Source: Blepharisma stoltei ATCC 30299
Taxonomy: Eukaryota > Protista > Ciliophora
NCBI GenBank assembly: GCA_965603825.1
Contig: CBFDEM010000025.1
Coordinates: 372,001 to 436,000 of the forward strand
Reading direction: 5' to 3'
DNA length: 64,000 nucleotides
Every line of letters begins with the position of its first letter. The first letter of the stretch is position 1. The notes beneath the pieces were generated by a model. It did not search any database and had not been told where the DNA came from. It was given only the letters and a program-made list of their open reading frames with translations. Both the position numbers and the translations under genes were made by a program. Below, one piece after another: positions 34,958-46,624 of this stretch.

Positions 34958-36592
34958 ATGTCTGTCAGCATTCTTGGAAACAGGCAATCAGGCCAAGATA
35001 TCCGTGACGCCAACGTACGCGCAGTTCTCGCCATCGCCAACATCGTTCGTTCCTCCCTTGGCCCTAATGGCCTCGATAAGATGCTTGTTGACCAGATCGG
35101 TGACGTGACAATCACTAATGACGGGGCAACAATCCTCAAGCGCCTCGAAGTCCAACACCCAGCTGCCAAAGTCCTTGTCGAGCTTGCACAGCTTCAAGAC
35201 GCCGAAGTCGGAGACGGCACAACCTCAGTGGTGATTGTCGCGAGCGAGCTTCTCAAAAGAGCAAATGATCTTGTCAAAAATAAGATCCACCCTACCACAG
35301 TCATCGCTGGCTTCAGACTTGCCATGAAAGAAAGCATCAAATATATCAAAAACAACCTCGCAGTCAAAACAGACACCTTAGGCGAAGAAGGAATCATGAA
35401 TGTTGCGAAGACCACGCTGAGTTCAAAGCTTATTGGAGCGGATTCACACTATTTCGCAGAAATGCTTGTCAGGGCTGTGGAAACGGTAAAACAGACCAGC
35501 TTGAAAGGGGAAAGCAAGTTCCCGATTAAAGCTGTGAGACTGCTGAAGTGCCAAGGCCAAAGTGTCAAGGAAAGCGTATATGTGAATGGGTATGTGCTAC
35601 AGGCTGGGAGAAGTGCCCAAGGAATGCCAACTAAAATTGAAGGGGCTAAAATTGCGTGTCTTGATTTCAACCTCAACAAGTTCAAGCTACAAATGGGAGT
35701 CCAAGTTTTGATCAAAGACCCAGCTCAGCTTGCTTTGATAAGAGCCAAAGAAATTGACATCACTAGAGAGAGGATCCAAAAAATCATCAGCGCTGGAGCA
35801 AACGTGATTTTGACTACCAAAGCAATTGACGATTTGGCCTTGAAATACTTCGTCGAAGCCCACGCAATTGGAATTAGGAGAGTCGATAAGAAAGATCTCA
35901 GAAGAATCGCAAAAATGAGCGGCGCTGAAATTTTGACTTCTCTTATGAACACTGAAGGAGATGAAGTATTTTTACCTGAGTACTTAGGAACTGCTCAAGA
36001 AGTGTCAGAAGAGAGACTTGGGGACAACGATTTCATGTTTTTCAAAGGGATGCCTAAGTCTTGTGCTCAGACTATTATCATCAGAGGAGCCAATGAATTC
36101 ATGCTTGACGAAACTGAGAGATCGATGCATGACGCTCTCTGTGTCATCAAAAGAGTCTTAGAAAGCAAAAGCATCGTCGTAGGAGGAGGCGCAGTTGAGT
36201 CAGCTTTAAGCATTTACCTTGACAACTTCGCAAGATCTCTTGGATCCAAAGAACAACTTGCAATTGCTGAATTCGCCGAAGCTTTGCTTGTAATTCCAAA
36301 AGTCTTAGCCACAAACGCAGCAAAAGATGCCAGCGACTTGCTTGCCAAGCTTAAGATGTACCACACAGCTTCACAAACTTCCTCAGAGCAGAAGAAGCAA
36401 GAATACAAATTCGTAGGGCTTGACTTAGCCAATGGAAAGGTTAGAAACAACTTGAAAGCTGGAGTCCTGGAGCCTACCCTCAGCAAAATAAAGAGCTTGA
36501 AATTCGCGACAGAAGCAGCCATTTCCATCCTGAGAATTGACGACATGATTGAGTTAGCTCCAAAGAAAGAAGAAAGAGGCCAAGAGCAATAA
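34958..36592 (+). CDS. CCT1: T-complex protein 1 subunit alpha (CCT-alpha)
   Basis: SSLGPNGLDKMLVD, TITNDGATILK, EVGDGTTSVV, KIHPTTVI, GGGAVE, KSLKFATEAAISILRIDD. Confidence 0.97.
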   Translation: MSVSILGNRQSGQDIRDANVRAVLAIANIVRSSLGPNGLDKMLVDQIGDVTITNDGATILKRLEVQHPAAKVLVELAQLQDAEVGDGTTSVVIVASELLKRANDLVKNKIHPTTVIAGFRLAMKESIKYIKNNLAVKTDTLGEEGIMNVAKTTLSSKLIGADSHYFAEMLVRAVETVKQTSLKGESKFPIKAVRLLKCQGQSVKESVYVNGYVLQAGRSAQGMPTKIEGAKIACLDFNLNKFKLQMGVQVLIKDPAQLALIRAKEIDITRERIQKIISAGANVILTTKAIDDLALKYFVEAHAIGIRRVDKKDLRRIAKMSGAEILTSLMNTEGDEVFLPEYLGTAQEVSEERLGDNDFMFFKGMPKSCAQTIIIRGANEFMLDETERSMHDALCVIKRVLESKSIVVGGGAVESALSIYLDNFARSLGSKEQLAIAEFAEALLVIPKVLATNAAKDASDLLAKLKMYHTASQTSSEQKKQEYKFVGLDLANGKVRNNLKAGVLEPTLSKIKSLKFATEAAISILRIDDMIELAPKKEERGQEQ

Positions 36593-36614
36593 TATTTTCT
36601 AATAGGAATTTAAT

Positions 36615-37394
36615 ATGGAGTTAGGCGTTGCAAGGAGATTAGGAACTTTTCATATAAAGACCTGGCATGGAAACACTATTGACATTAACCCGGTGGAGTG
36701 CGCAAAACTGGGATATATTAATGCTGCTGAGAATGAGCTTCTATGTGAAGAATGTGGAGTGAGAATTATAAATCCAGATTCATGATATCAAATAATGGAA
36801 AGCCATGCAAAAGGCTGTAAAATGAGGAGATTTGAAATGTTTGATTATGAAAAAATATTGGCGTTTCAAGAGGAAGAATTTATCCGTAGGGTTGAGTCTT
36901 TTAGGGAATGGCAGCTGTTTCCTATTCTCAATTTTAGCGTGTTTGGAGAGGCTGATAATGAAATTTGGTCAAGGTTTTTTAAGGAGTTCCCAATTATTGA
37001 AGTAATCGTTACCTAGATTGATAAAGCACTTGCACTCTTTGGGTTTTCTGCTAAGGATACAGAGATTTCTTGCAAACTTTGTGGGATAAAAACAAAGCTG
37101 CCTGAATATACAATTAAAGTGGGAAAGGTAATAAACTCCTCAAGCCAAAGAGATAGCATTGGAATTAATCAGCAATTTGACCTGGTGAAAGCCCACCGAT
37201 TTTATTGTCCGTTTATAAATGATCTCACTGTCTCAGATCTTTCCTATTTATCTACTGCTCCTAAATCCCTTAACTTTGGCTGGAGATTTCTTCTCTCAAA
37301 ACTTACTTCAAATAGACCAAATATTGATTTTATTCTATCTTCAACCGCCAAAAACCTTGAAGCTCACAGGTCTCTTTTAAACTCATTTTGATAA
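36615..37394 (+). CDS. ZC3HC1/NIPA (Pml39/Rsm1-like) C3HC zinc-finger protein; one 15-nt intron
   Basis: RRLGTF...W...INPVECAKLG...LLCEECG...H..GC (zf-C3HC) and LALFGF...CKLCG...FDLVKAHRFYCPF...GWRFLL (Rsm1-like). Joined via an in-frame TGA near 36783 and intron 37002-37016; ends TGA-TAA. Confidence 0.8.
37002..37016 (+). other. 15-nt spliceosomal intron
   Basis: GTAATCGTTACCTAG; removal deletes an in-frame TAG and joins the two zinc-finger halves. Confidence 0.85.
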
Positions 37395-37555
37395 ATGAAT
37401 ATAATATTCTTAAAATAAGCCTAAATATTGCCCTGCCAATAAATCTTAATTCAATGAAATTTAACCATCATTCATATTTTTTATTTATTCATTATTAATT
37501 TAAAATCATCCCTCTTATTTTTTATTAAATTGAAAACTATTTATATATAAAATAT

Positions 37556-39712
37556 CTAGTTCAATTGCAAGAATTGTCGTAAAACTCTGTATATTGCCTC
37601 ACTTGCCGCAGGCTTTGCTAAATAGGAAATCATTCCTGAAGCATAGCACATCATCACATCTTTATCAGATGTATACGCAGTATGCCCAACGATAGCTGGC
37701 ATACTGCTAAGTTTGCCTTCTTCATATAACTGCTTTATTCTTTTTGTTGCCTCTCAGCCATCCATTATTGGCATACTGATATCCATAATAATTAACTTAA
37801 AAGGCATTTTTTTAAAATTTTGCTTCAGTGTCTTTTTTACCGCTTTTTGCCCATTGACTGCTTCTAAGTATTTAATATTGTGTTTATCCAGCATGGCAAC
37901 AAGAATTTCCCGGTTCAGCTCATTATCATCAACAATTAATACTTGAGGGTAATCGTAGTTGTGGATTGAGTCAAAATGTCTCAAAGAGCTGACAAACTCC
38001 AAAGATTCCTGTGAGCAGTCAAAGCTTTCGAATTCTTTAAAGTTATTTTCGGCTATATCAACTTTAAAGCCAAACACACTACCTCTTTGAGGCATCGAGC
38101 TAACTTGGATTTCTGAGTTTCCAAGCTCATAAGCGATCAGATTTGATAAATGAAGGCCAAGGCCACAGCCATGCTGAGCAACTTGATCAACGCTTGAGTT
38201 TCTAAATAATTTGAATATTTGGCTATATCTTTCTTCAGGAATGCCAATTCCAGTATCACTTACATAAATTTTTAATCTTTCGTCTTCTGCATAAATAGCT
38301 ATAAGTTCGATTCTTCCTTTCGTTGTAAATCTATATAAATATTACTTAATTGCGTTGCTTAGTAAATTTAGTAAGACCTCGCTTAGTCGATCTGGATCCG
38401 TATATACAATTTCTGGCAGTTCAGGGTCGATTCTTAAAATCAAGTTTATGCCTTTGCGCTTTGCCATATACTGAAATAATTCATAGCATTCAGAAATCTT
38501 GTCCCTTATATTGAACTCCATTTTTCTTGGCTTGAACATTCCTTGAATCAGCTGAGTGTAGTCAAGTATTCCATTTATAAAATGCAGCAAAAGATTCGCA
38601 GAAATGCGAATATGTGAGATCTTTTCCCTTGCAGCTTCATCTAAAGAGCGCTCATAAACCTGGTCTGCAAATGAGATAATAGCTGAAATTGGTGTCCTTA
38701 ATTCATGCGAAATCGTTCTCAGCATGAATTTTTTCGTGCGGTTTTCAGCAGCACTTTGCTCCAGCTCGATTATTTGTCTTGAATCTGCCGCACTCACCAA
38801 CACTATTTCCTCTCCCTCTAAAGATATCTTTTTGACCTTAAACTGCAAGATCATTTCGCCAATCTGCACGATTCCAAGTATTAATTCTTCATTAATTGAC
38901 AAATTAGAATAAGATTGCAAGTCTTGAAATAGGTTCCTTGAACTGGAGTTTAAATTTTGAAGCTTTTTGTCTTCTACATACTCTAGCTCCCTTAGCTTGT
39001 CTACAGCAACGCTTTCTCCGCAGTCCAAGTAGTTAAGCATTTTTTCATTTATAAGTTCAGGACTGAATTTAGTATCAAATATGATTAAGCCGTCTGGAAA
39101 AGCACGCAAAATAATTGCGAGCCTACGCTCAGTTAATTCAAGTTTTTTCCTGTAAGAATATCTACCATAGCTAATGTTCCTGACGAGAAATTCTCGAGAT
39201 GTATGAATACCTAATACCACCAGTACGGGTATCATCTGGATCGGATTTGGCAGAGCAGATAGCCCAAACAAGAAATTATACCCATACCACATGAGGACAT
39301 GCTTCAGCAAGACAATATTTACAAGGACTAACGATTTTATTAAGGAAGACTCCAAAAGAACAGTAATCAAAGTCGTTTCCATTAAAAGCAGGTTTTTGGC
39401 TTCCTCTCCAATATGTCTTGACATTAAAAACAGAAAAATATTCATTGCTTCAGCTGAAAGTATAGAAAATCAAACAGTAAATAAATTGTATTTGAGGTTA
39501 ACTCTATATAAATACACAGCCGTAACCATAGTTATCACTGATGTTATGATGCTTAATTTATGTGTGATAAAGTCTGCAGTGTATCAAAGAGGTATAAGCA
39601 ATTTCATAGACGTGGCCAAAGAGATCATTACCAGCATTACGCGCCTGTAGTTTCTTACGCTTTCTAAAAACTCTTCTTTCCACCATTCTTCTACTGATTC
39701 TTTCGATGACAT
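37556..39712 (-). CDS. Membrane-bound hybrid histidine kinase (TM region, PAS-like segment, HisKA, HATPase, receiver); one 15-nt intron
   Basis: H-box TISHELRTPI; N-box LLNLLSNAIK|FT restored by splicing; VSDTGIGI and GCGLGL boxes; receiver VLIVDDN...IIMDISMPIMDG*EAT (TGA=W)...YLAKP. ATG at 39712, TAG at 37556. Confidence 0.9.
38331..38345 (-). other. 15-nt spliceosomal intron
   Basis: GTAATATTTATATAG on the minus strand; removal restores the conserved NAIKFT motif. Confidence 0.92.
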
Positions 39713-40134
39713 TATAAAAATAGTTGTTTAATTAAAGTTAATTAATTTTTAAATAGATGGTCCTTAAATTAGGTGTAGGCTATCATTTTAACAATTTATA
39801 ACGTTGGATTTCTCAAAATAATTATATTATTTTTCATAAGAGGATTTCTTGGCCATAAAAATGATCATATCTTTAATTTGGGAGTCTCGATAAATGCTTA
39901 TTTTTTGCCGATGACAAGAAATTTTGAATTTCAGCAGAATTATATTCTGGAATATATATTTTTAATATTAATAATTCGAATTATCATATGAATTTTTTAT
40001 TTTGACAGATAATTTTTGAAATAAATTCGAAAAAATTGATAAATCATTTTATCAATTGAATGAAAATATAAAAATATTTTAAGGAGTCTTAAATATAACT
40101 AATCCTAACAGTATTATGAAATTTCATTATTGTG

Positions 40135-41052
40135 TTAGTTCTTTCTTCCTGGGTGATATTTCTGTTGTGTTTCTGCCAAAATCACATTATGAAGCACGCA
40201 CCCAATATCTTCTTCAAACTCATCATAAAATTGAGAGCTCCACAAAGCATCTCTTTCCAGCTCTATACAGCCTTCTCCTGTATGGATTTCCAAAGTATCA
40301 ATCTCATGTATATTTGCTAATGGCGTGATAATATAAAGCATTCCAGTCTCAGTATTCACATCCCTTATTATCCCCAGCCCTTTGCATTCTGGGATTGGGT
40401 CTGCTCTAATTGAAAGTCCACAAATTTTAGGAACTAATGCAGGAATAAACCTTGCCTCTATTGGATTCAGATTTATTGTTATGGTCACATCGCTAACAAA
40501 GCAAACCCAAGGCTGCTTATCAATATAGTTGTGTGGCAAATCTACTCCAGTTTTCCCAAAGTATTTTTCTAGGATTCTTCCTCTTTCTGCCTTTATATCA
40601 TTTTTTTGGCTTTCTGGTATTTGCAATGTGGTAACCTTTGTTGGAGACATGCGGTAAACCCCTTCTAATAGGCTCGATTTTTCCTTTAAAATTGAATTTA
40701 CTTCTGGATTTTCTGTAAAGTATTCAATGATATTCGAAGGCTGGGTAATCCTTATTATATCTGATAGCATCGTCTTGCCAATGCCAGATTTTCAGTTGTG
40801 GCAATGAACTAATAAAGTTTGATCACAAAAACTGGCTCTTCAATGGTGAAAACAGAGCTGAACAGCTTGAAGATATTTTTGAACATTGTGCTTTGGAGAT
40901 GTAAATCCAATGAAGTAGCTTTTTATGTTTTCTTCATTTCTCCTGAGTGAAACTAAACCTGGCGGTCCATTTATTGGATTCGCTAAGTCTGTCTCGAGCA
41001 CAAAATTGAAGCTTTGTGTGATTTCGCTGGTCCCAAATATTAAAGAAACCAT
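40135..41052 (-). CDS. NOL9/Grc3 (Clp1-family) polynucleotide-kinase-like protein, short, Walker A degenerate (305 aa)
   Basis: LETDLANPINGPPGLVSL, LLVHCHN*KSGIG..MLSDIIRITQPS (TGA=W) and ECKGLGIIRDVN..TGMLYIITPL parallel recalled NOL9 blocks (LECDLGQ..FTPPGCISL; LIVNTMGWV..G..LLIDLI; CLGFGI.R.ID...YHILTP). Confidence 0.7.
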
Positions 41053-41186
41053 TTTTAGACTTTAGTTAAGTGATTTTCTGGGAAAATAAGCTGAAACCTT
41101 TATCTTCTCTAGGTTTAATAAAAAAATAATAAAAATTGAAGAAATAAATTATGATGTCTATACTTAATATAAGCACTATAATAAAA

Positions 41187-41963
41187 TTAAGTCCTGCTGA
41201 GTGCATTTAACTTTACAAATTCATCTGGCCATTTAATGGTTGAACTTAACATAAAAGTCAAATCAGGCAGAGGCTCGCCTAAAATATCTTTGGCTGTAAG
41301 TGGAGTGGAGATGTATTCAGAAAAAGAGCCGCCAACACTACTTCTTAAAAATGCCATTGAACCATCCACCTCTTGTGGCTCTGTCATCATTGTAATGTCT
41401 TCATGAACGTTCGGAGACTCAGGAGTATGACACTCATTTATTCTGGTATTTTTTAAAAATGTCGACCGAATGCTCAAATCGGGCCATATTTCTTGGCAAA
41501 AATTTTGTCCTTGGCTACTAAGCAAATTTGATAGTTGTGGAGTGTGAATAATTGTCTGAATCTTTGGTTTGTTGATAAATGCCATTTCTTTAACTGCATA
41601 TGTATTGTCTAAAGGTTTAAAGAATTCACATATTTCTTGCTTCTCTTGCATCTTTTCTAAGTGTTTTTGATATTTCACTAATAAGGTTTTTTCTTCTTCA
41701 GATATTTCGGGAGGGACGTATATACAATCAATGTCAATACTTTGGTCACTAACCTCTTCTAGAGGGCACATAGGACAGAGCGCTTCGCATAGAGAAATAA
41801 AAGATGATTGACTGAATAAAGAATCGCACTAAATAATAATTACAATACTTAAATGGACTATCGGACGTCCTTGTGAGTCACATTCAACGATTTTCGGAAC
41901 TTGTATAACCTCTTCTTTTGCTTCTTCAAAATCCCCAAATCCATCTTCTTCATCAAATGACAT
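41187..41963 (-). CDS. Aftiphilin/CLBA1-like candidate AP-1/clathrin accessory protein; one 15-nt intron
   Basis: Start at 41963 (MSFDEEDGFGDFEEA; FGDF gamma-ear-binding-type motif). Intron 41829-41843 joins it to the 194-aa ORF. C-terminal LPDLTFM resembles the aftiphilin C-terminus. Confidence 0.6.
41829..41843 (-). other. 15-nt spliceosomal intron
   Basis: GTAATTATTATTTAG on the minus strand; phase 0 with in-frame TAG. Confidence 0.85.
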
Positions 41964-42498
41964 TTATGAATTGAAGCATAATAAAAACATTATTTTGATT
42001 GCTTATTGTGCAAACTATTATGAATTTTTAAATTATTAATTGAGCTCTTTAAAAAAAGAACGTTAAAAATTAAATGAACTAAACTTAGACATAGCATAAC
42101 TTGCAAATCTAGATTAGAATAGTAAAACTTAGATAGATATGAAACAAAGGTTAAAGAGATCCAATTTAGCGTGCTTTTATATGAATAGCTAGACTATTGG
42201 ATCTTATCACTGAAAGCTCTAAAAAATTTATTTTATCAAATATCAAATTCAGAATCTATTTCTGTGCATGCTGTAAAAGGATTTTATTTTCATAAATAAA
42301 GAAGCAAAACGGTATGAAAATTAGACAAAAATATATTAAATTATATAAAGATATATTTTGAAAAGATTGATTTTAATCTTATTAATGAAATACTAGCATG
42401 CAAAACCCAAAAGGAAATAATCTATAGCCCAATTAATTCAAGAGGAATAATTCAGCCACATCTAGACTTTAAGTAATTTAATTATAATTAATTACAAG

Positions 42499-44049
42499 CT
42501 ATATGGCCTTAAAAGCTCTTGGGAAAACTCTTCGAACCAAAGCTTCAAATTCTAGCGAAGTTTTAAGTGTGTTTAGCCCTTTTTCTAAATAAAAAGACTG
42601 CAAATCTCTCAAGTATCTGTAATTTTTCGAGTCACTAGAAATTTCTATGAAGTCTCCTTCATTCTTGATTTTAATCATAAAATAATTTTTTCATCCCATC
42701 ACTTCTATATCAAATCTCACTTTCTTTATTACCACAAAAAACGAGTAAAGCTTCACAAAGCTTACCATTTCCATGACCTCCGCCAAATATTCATCATCCA
42801 TAAACTTTGAAGAGTCCTCTTTCATCGAAAAAATGAATCCTGGGTAATAATCCTGCTGCCAGTAAAGAGATTTGCTTTTTTTGATATAGCATAGATGCTG
42901 CTCTATTATCCTGGTTAACTTAGATATTGACTCATAAAAGATACTGGACTCATATGTGATTTCTTCTTTTAAAACTTCTAAGGCTTCTTCATGGAAATCT
43001 ACTTGGATGTGGACATGGTCTTCTTCAATTTCAGTTAGTTGAATTGAGCACAGGCCATATCCCCTAATTTTTGTAATAATGCTAAAAAATGAAACAGAAT
43101 GCCGACTATCATAAAACAAATTCAAGCAATTTTGTTCCTTCATAAAAAATAGATACGGAGCTATGTTGTTTCTAACCGTGCTCCTCACTTGATCAGGCTC
43201 TTGGTAAGTATTTGAAATTGATAGCTTCAAATTTAAATGGAACTGCTCACCTTCAAATGCTTGTACAGTCAAATCTAAGACTTCAAGCCATTGATCACTT
43301 CTTATACTTATAATACAATTCACTGAAGAAATTTGTACGACTCCTTGGAAAACTGTGTCTAGCTTATTTATTTTCAAAACTTTTCTTGTGGAATATTTTT
43401 CTCAGTCAATTTCTGAATCATTTTTAGCAGTAGCATTTGAATAATTTAAATCTGGGCTTCCAAGCAACAATAAACCATTATTTATTTTTTCCACTGTCTT
43501 ATTTTCATTTAAATTTCCATTAGTCAAGTATGTGATATCAGGTAAATCCATTGCTGAAACCCTTAATCTTGCTAATTCAACAGATAATTGCTTTTCTTTT
43601 GAGAATTCAGATTCATAAGATGCTAAATCTCTCGTAAGTTCTATTTTATCGCTCGAAGCTTTTTGTATTGCGTAAAGTAATTTATCAATTTTCTTCTTAA
43701 GCCTTTCTATATTCACCGTTTTCTCTTTTTCGCTTACCAGTTGAGAATAGCGAGTAAAAGGATGACTTATTGGCTTTGCAAAACCTATGTTATGAGATAA
43801 TGAAGTAGGTTTTGGCTCTGTTTCTATCTGATTGCTAAGATTGCTGCAAAATCGTCCAGTTGATTTTCCCTGAGAAGTAGTAGGTTTCAAAGTTAATGAT
43901 TTACCGTACAGTTTCATGTATTTCTTTATTCGGACTTGGCTTCTTGAGGAGGAAGGAGGTTTATTGCTAGTTAAGGTGGTAAGAGATTTATAATTTGTAT
44001 CAGATGTTGGAATTGTACCAATAGCAGGAAATTGATAATCTTCTTTCAT
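42499..44049 (-). CDS. Hypothetical protein (516 aa) with Ser/Thr-rich N-terminus and coiled coil
   Basis: ORFs 43402-44049 and 42691-43377 are in frame. Reading TGA as Trp extends the frame to TAG at 42499-42501. Confidence 0.75.
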
Positions 44050-44384
44050 TAATTGGTTAATTATAATATTTTTAAATTATGATCAGGTAACTATTGGTTT
44101 CTCAATCTTTAAAGATAATCACATATTAAGAATCATTTAATAAAAAATAAGCTGGGGAAGTTAATATGATTGATTTTTAATAAAAATACAGCATAATATC
44201 ATTAAACATAGATACATTATTAAAAAGCAAGAAATATTAAATTTTAGTAGCTTTTTTGGCTGATATATCTATAGACAGATGAATAGGACAAGAGAAATCG
44301 CTTTTTAAGGATTTTTAATAATCAGCTAACTAAATTATTATCATCTATTGGCATTATGTGATATCAAAAATGATAAGAAAAATT

Positions 44385-45179
44385 ATGAGAATTATCCCTA
44401 TTAAGCTATTCGAAGACAACTACAGCTATGCAGTATTTGTCGAGGGGCACAATTCTTATGCATTAGTGGATCCAGCTGACCTTGCAGGAGTCAAAGCATT
44501 CATATCGGGTAACCCACAGCTGAGTTCTATGAACTTTACTCATGTTTTTACAACCCATAAGCATGCAGATCACTGCGGGAACAACGAGCAAATTGCTGCA
44601 GAATTCCCACACGTAAAAATTGTTGGAGGAGCTTCTGATGGGATTCCAGCTTGCAATTACTCAGTCCAAGATCAAGATGTAATTGTTCTAGATAATGGCT
44701 TGAGAATCACAGCTCTTCATACCCCATGCCATACAAGAGGCCACATTCTCTATTATTTTGAAGATTACTCATCAAATGACGGCACCAATAGAGCAGTTTT
44801 CACTGGCGATACAATTTTTATTGGAGGCTGTGGAAGATTTTTTGAAGGAAATGCTGAAGAAATGCATGCTGCAATGGAAAAAGCGAAGACTTTGCCTACA
44901 GATACAAAGGTGTATTGCGGGCATGAATATACAGAGAGCAACTTGAAATGGAGCGCTAAGGTTGAGCATCAAAATCAAGCTATTCAGAGCAAGCTTGAAT
45001 GGGCTGTTGCTCAGAGAGAAAGAGGCCAGCCAACTGTGCCTTCAACTATTGGAGAAGAAATGGAAATTAATGTGTTTATGAGAGCTCAATTGCTGACCGG
45101 ATTACTTGGAGTTTCAGATGCGGTAGCTGCTATGGCGAGATTAAGAGAGATGAAAAACAGTGGCCAAACTTTGGTTTAA
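44385..45179 (+). CDS. GLO2: Hydroxyacylglutathione hydrolase (glyoxalase II)
   Basis: EDNYSY, metallo-beta-lactamase motif THKHADH, TPCHTRGH, FTGDTIFIGGCGRFFEG, YCGHEYT, PTVPSTIGEE. Start is ATG 44385 or 44370. Confidence 0.95.
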   Translation: MRIIPIKLFEDNYSYAVFVEGHNSYALVDPADLAGVKAFISGNPQLSSMNFTHVFTTHKHADHCGNNEQIAAEFPHVKIVGGASDGIPACNYSVQDQDVIVLDNGLRITALHTPCHTRGHILYYFEDYSSNDGTNRAVFTGDTIFIGGCGRFFEGNAEEMHAAMEKAKTLPTDTKVYCGHEYTESNLKWSAKVEHQNQAIQSKLEWAVAQRERGQPTVPSTIGEEMEINVFMRAQLLTGLLGVSDAVAAMARLREMKNSGQTLV

Positions 45180-45384
45180 AGAGCCATTATTTTTTAATCG
45201 AATATTTATCTTGAAATCTGAGTAAATTATCATGAATTCATTAAGGGAAAGACAAACTACAGCTTATGAGGAATAAAAAATTAAATAATCCAGGTTTTCT
45301 CTATAAAATCCTTCTCAATACTTCCAGCACCTTAGTTCTCTTTAACATGGTTTAGCTATAAAATTCATTTCTAAATAGTTAAAG

Positions 45385-45783
45385 ATGGTCGATGAAAGTC
45401 AAGGCCCAGATGATGTAAGTTACAATTAGCTAACCTTCACACATCAAGAAATTGAGGAAAAGGTCATGGAATCTGTTGAAGCTGTCTTGGCAAACAGAAC
45501 TTATGAAGAACGTGAAGTTCAAAGATGAATCAACGAAATTTGTGAAAGAGTTATAAAATCACTTTACGATACTCGAAAACCTTTTAAATATATAGGTAAG
45601 ATTTAAACAGTAACCTGCTTGATAATGCAAAAAGCTGAAGCTGGCCTACAAACAAGTACTGCGTGCTTTTTCGAAGGCGGGACTGATATGTCACAGCAGT
45701 TTATTTGGCCGAAAGAAAAATCAAAAGACCAAGCAAACAAAACATTGAACTGCGTTGTAACTGTCTTTTGCTGCAAGTTTTAG
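45385..45783 (+). CDS. Tctex1-type dynein light chain (two 15-nt introns; not in the ORF track)
   Basis: Spliced product ...EVQR*INEICE...[28 protein letters not shown]...TD...W...CVVTVF. Matches DYNLT1 (KVNQW...[19 protein letters not shown]); TGA 45526-45528 falls at the conserved Trp. Confidence 0.92.
45415..45429 (+). other. 15-nt spliceosomal intron
   Basis: GTAAGTTACAATTAG, phase 0, in-frame TAG. Confidence 0.88.
45596..45610 (+). other. 15-nt spliceosomal intron
   Basis: GTAAGATTTAAACAG; removal restores KPFKYIVTC. Confidence 0.93.
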
Positions 45784-46624
45784 AAACTTAATAAATTAAC
45801 TCGAGCCTATTTCTATTTAAGCTTTTGAATTATTTTACTTATTCTTATATAATAAGCTGCAAGAACATAATTTTAGGCTAATTATATGCAAAAAAACTTA
45901 TTGAGCAAATAAGCGAAATCCAAAAAATTGAGGATAATATATAAAAATTAAAATTATAGGGTAAGTGAAAAAAGTCTTGAACTTTCTTCGTAAAATCAAT
46001 ATTCCTTTGAATTTAAGCCTTTGATTTATGGATTTATATATCATCTCCAATTTGTGTACTAAACTTTAAGAGTAAAATCAGAGCCTGTCTCTGCAGCAGA
46101 TGAATAGAGAATTGATTGCTTTTTCAACATATATAGCTTTATATAACTCCTCGAAAAGTTCTCAACTAGCTTGGCATGCTCTCCATATAGATAGAGAGAG
46201 GCTGTCTTAGGTTTTTTTGAGTTGAGGAACTAATAGATTTATGTACCCATCTAATCCTATGATAAAATTGATTCACTTCTAGCAGTGATAATTAATAAGT
46301 ATGCTTTAGAAGCTTTCATTCCAAATACAAGCGATTAGCTTTATGACTATGAAGACTAGAGAGGACTTCTTCTTGTTGATGATTATGATAATTTATCATT
46401 TTATTTTTAAGAGAGCATCAAAAATAGGTAAAAGAAGCCTACATTGGAGATTAAAGATGGATTGCCAAATAACTAATTTCTATTGATATAAACATAATTC
46501 AAAATATGACTTCCAGAAACTAGGAAAACTCTCTAAAATTCAATTATTATACTTTAACGGTTAATAAAGTAAAAAATTTTTAATTACTTATTATTTCAAA
46601 GTCATTTTCCTTATATTAATTTCT

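Noticed and set aside
45900-46420. Possible gene remnant between Tctex1 and the CaaX gene
   Set aside because: The frames I checked are interrupted by TAA/TAG, with no convincing intron or domain; left unannotated.
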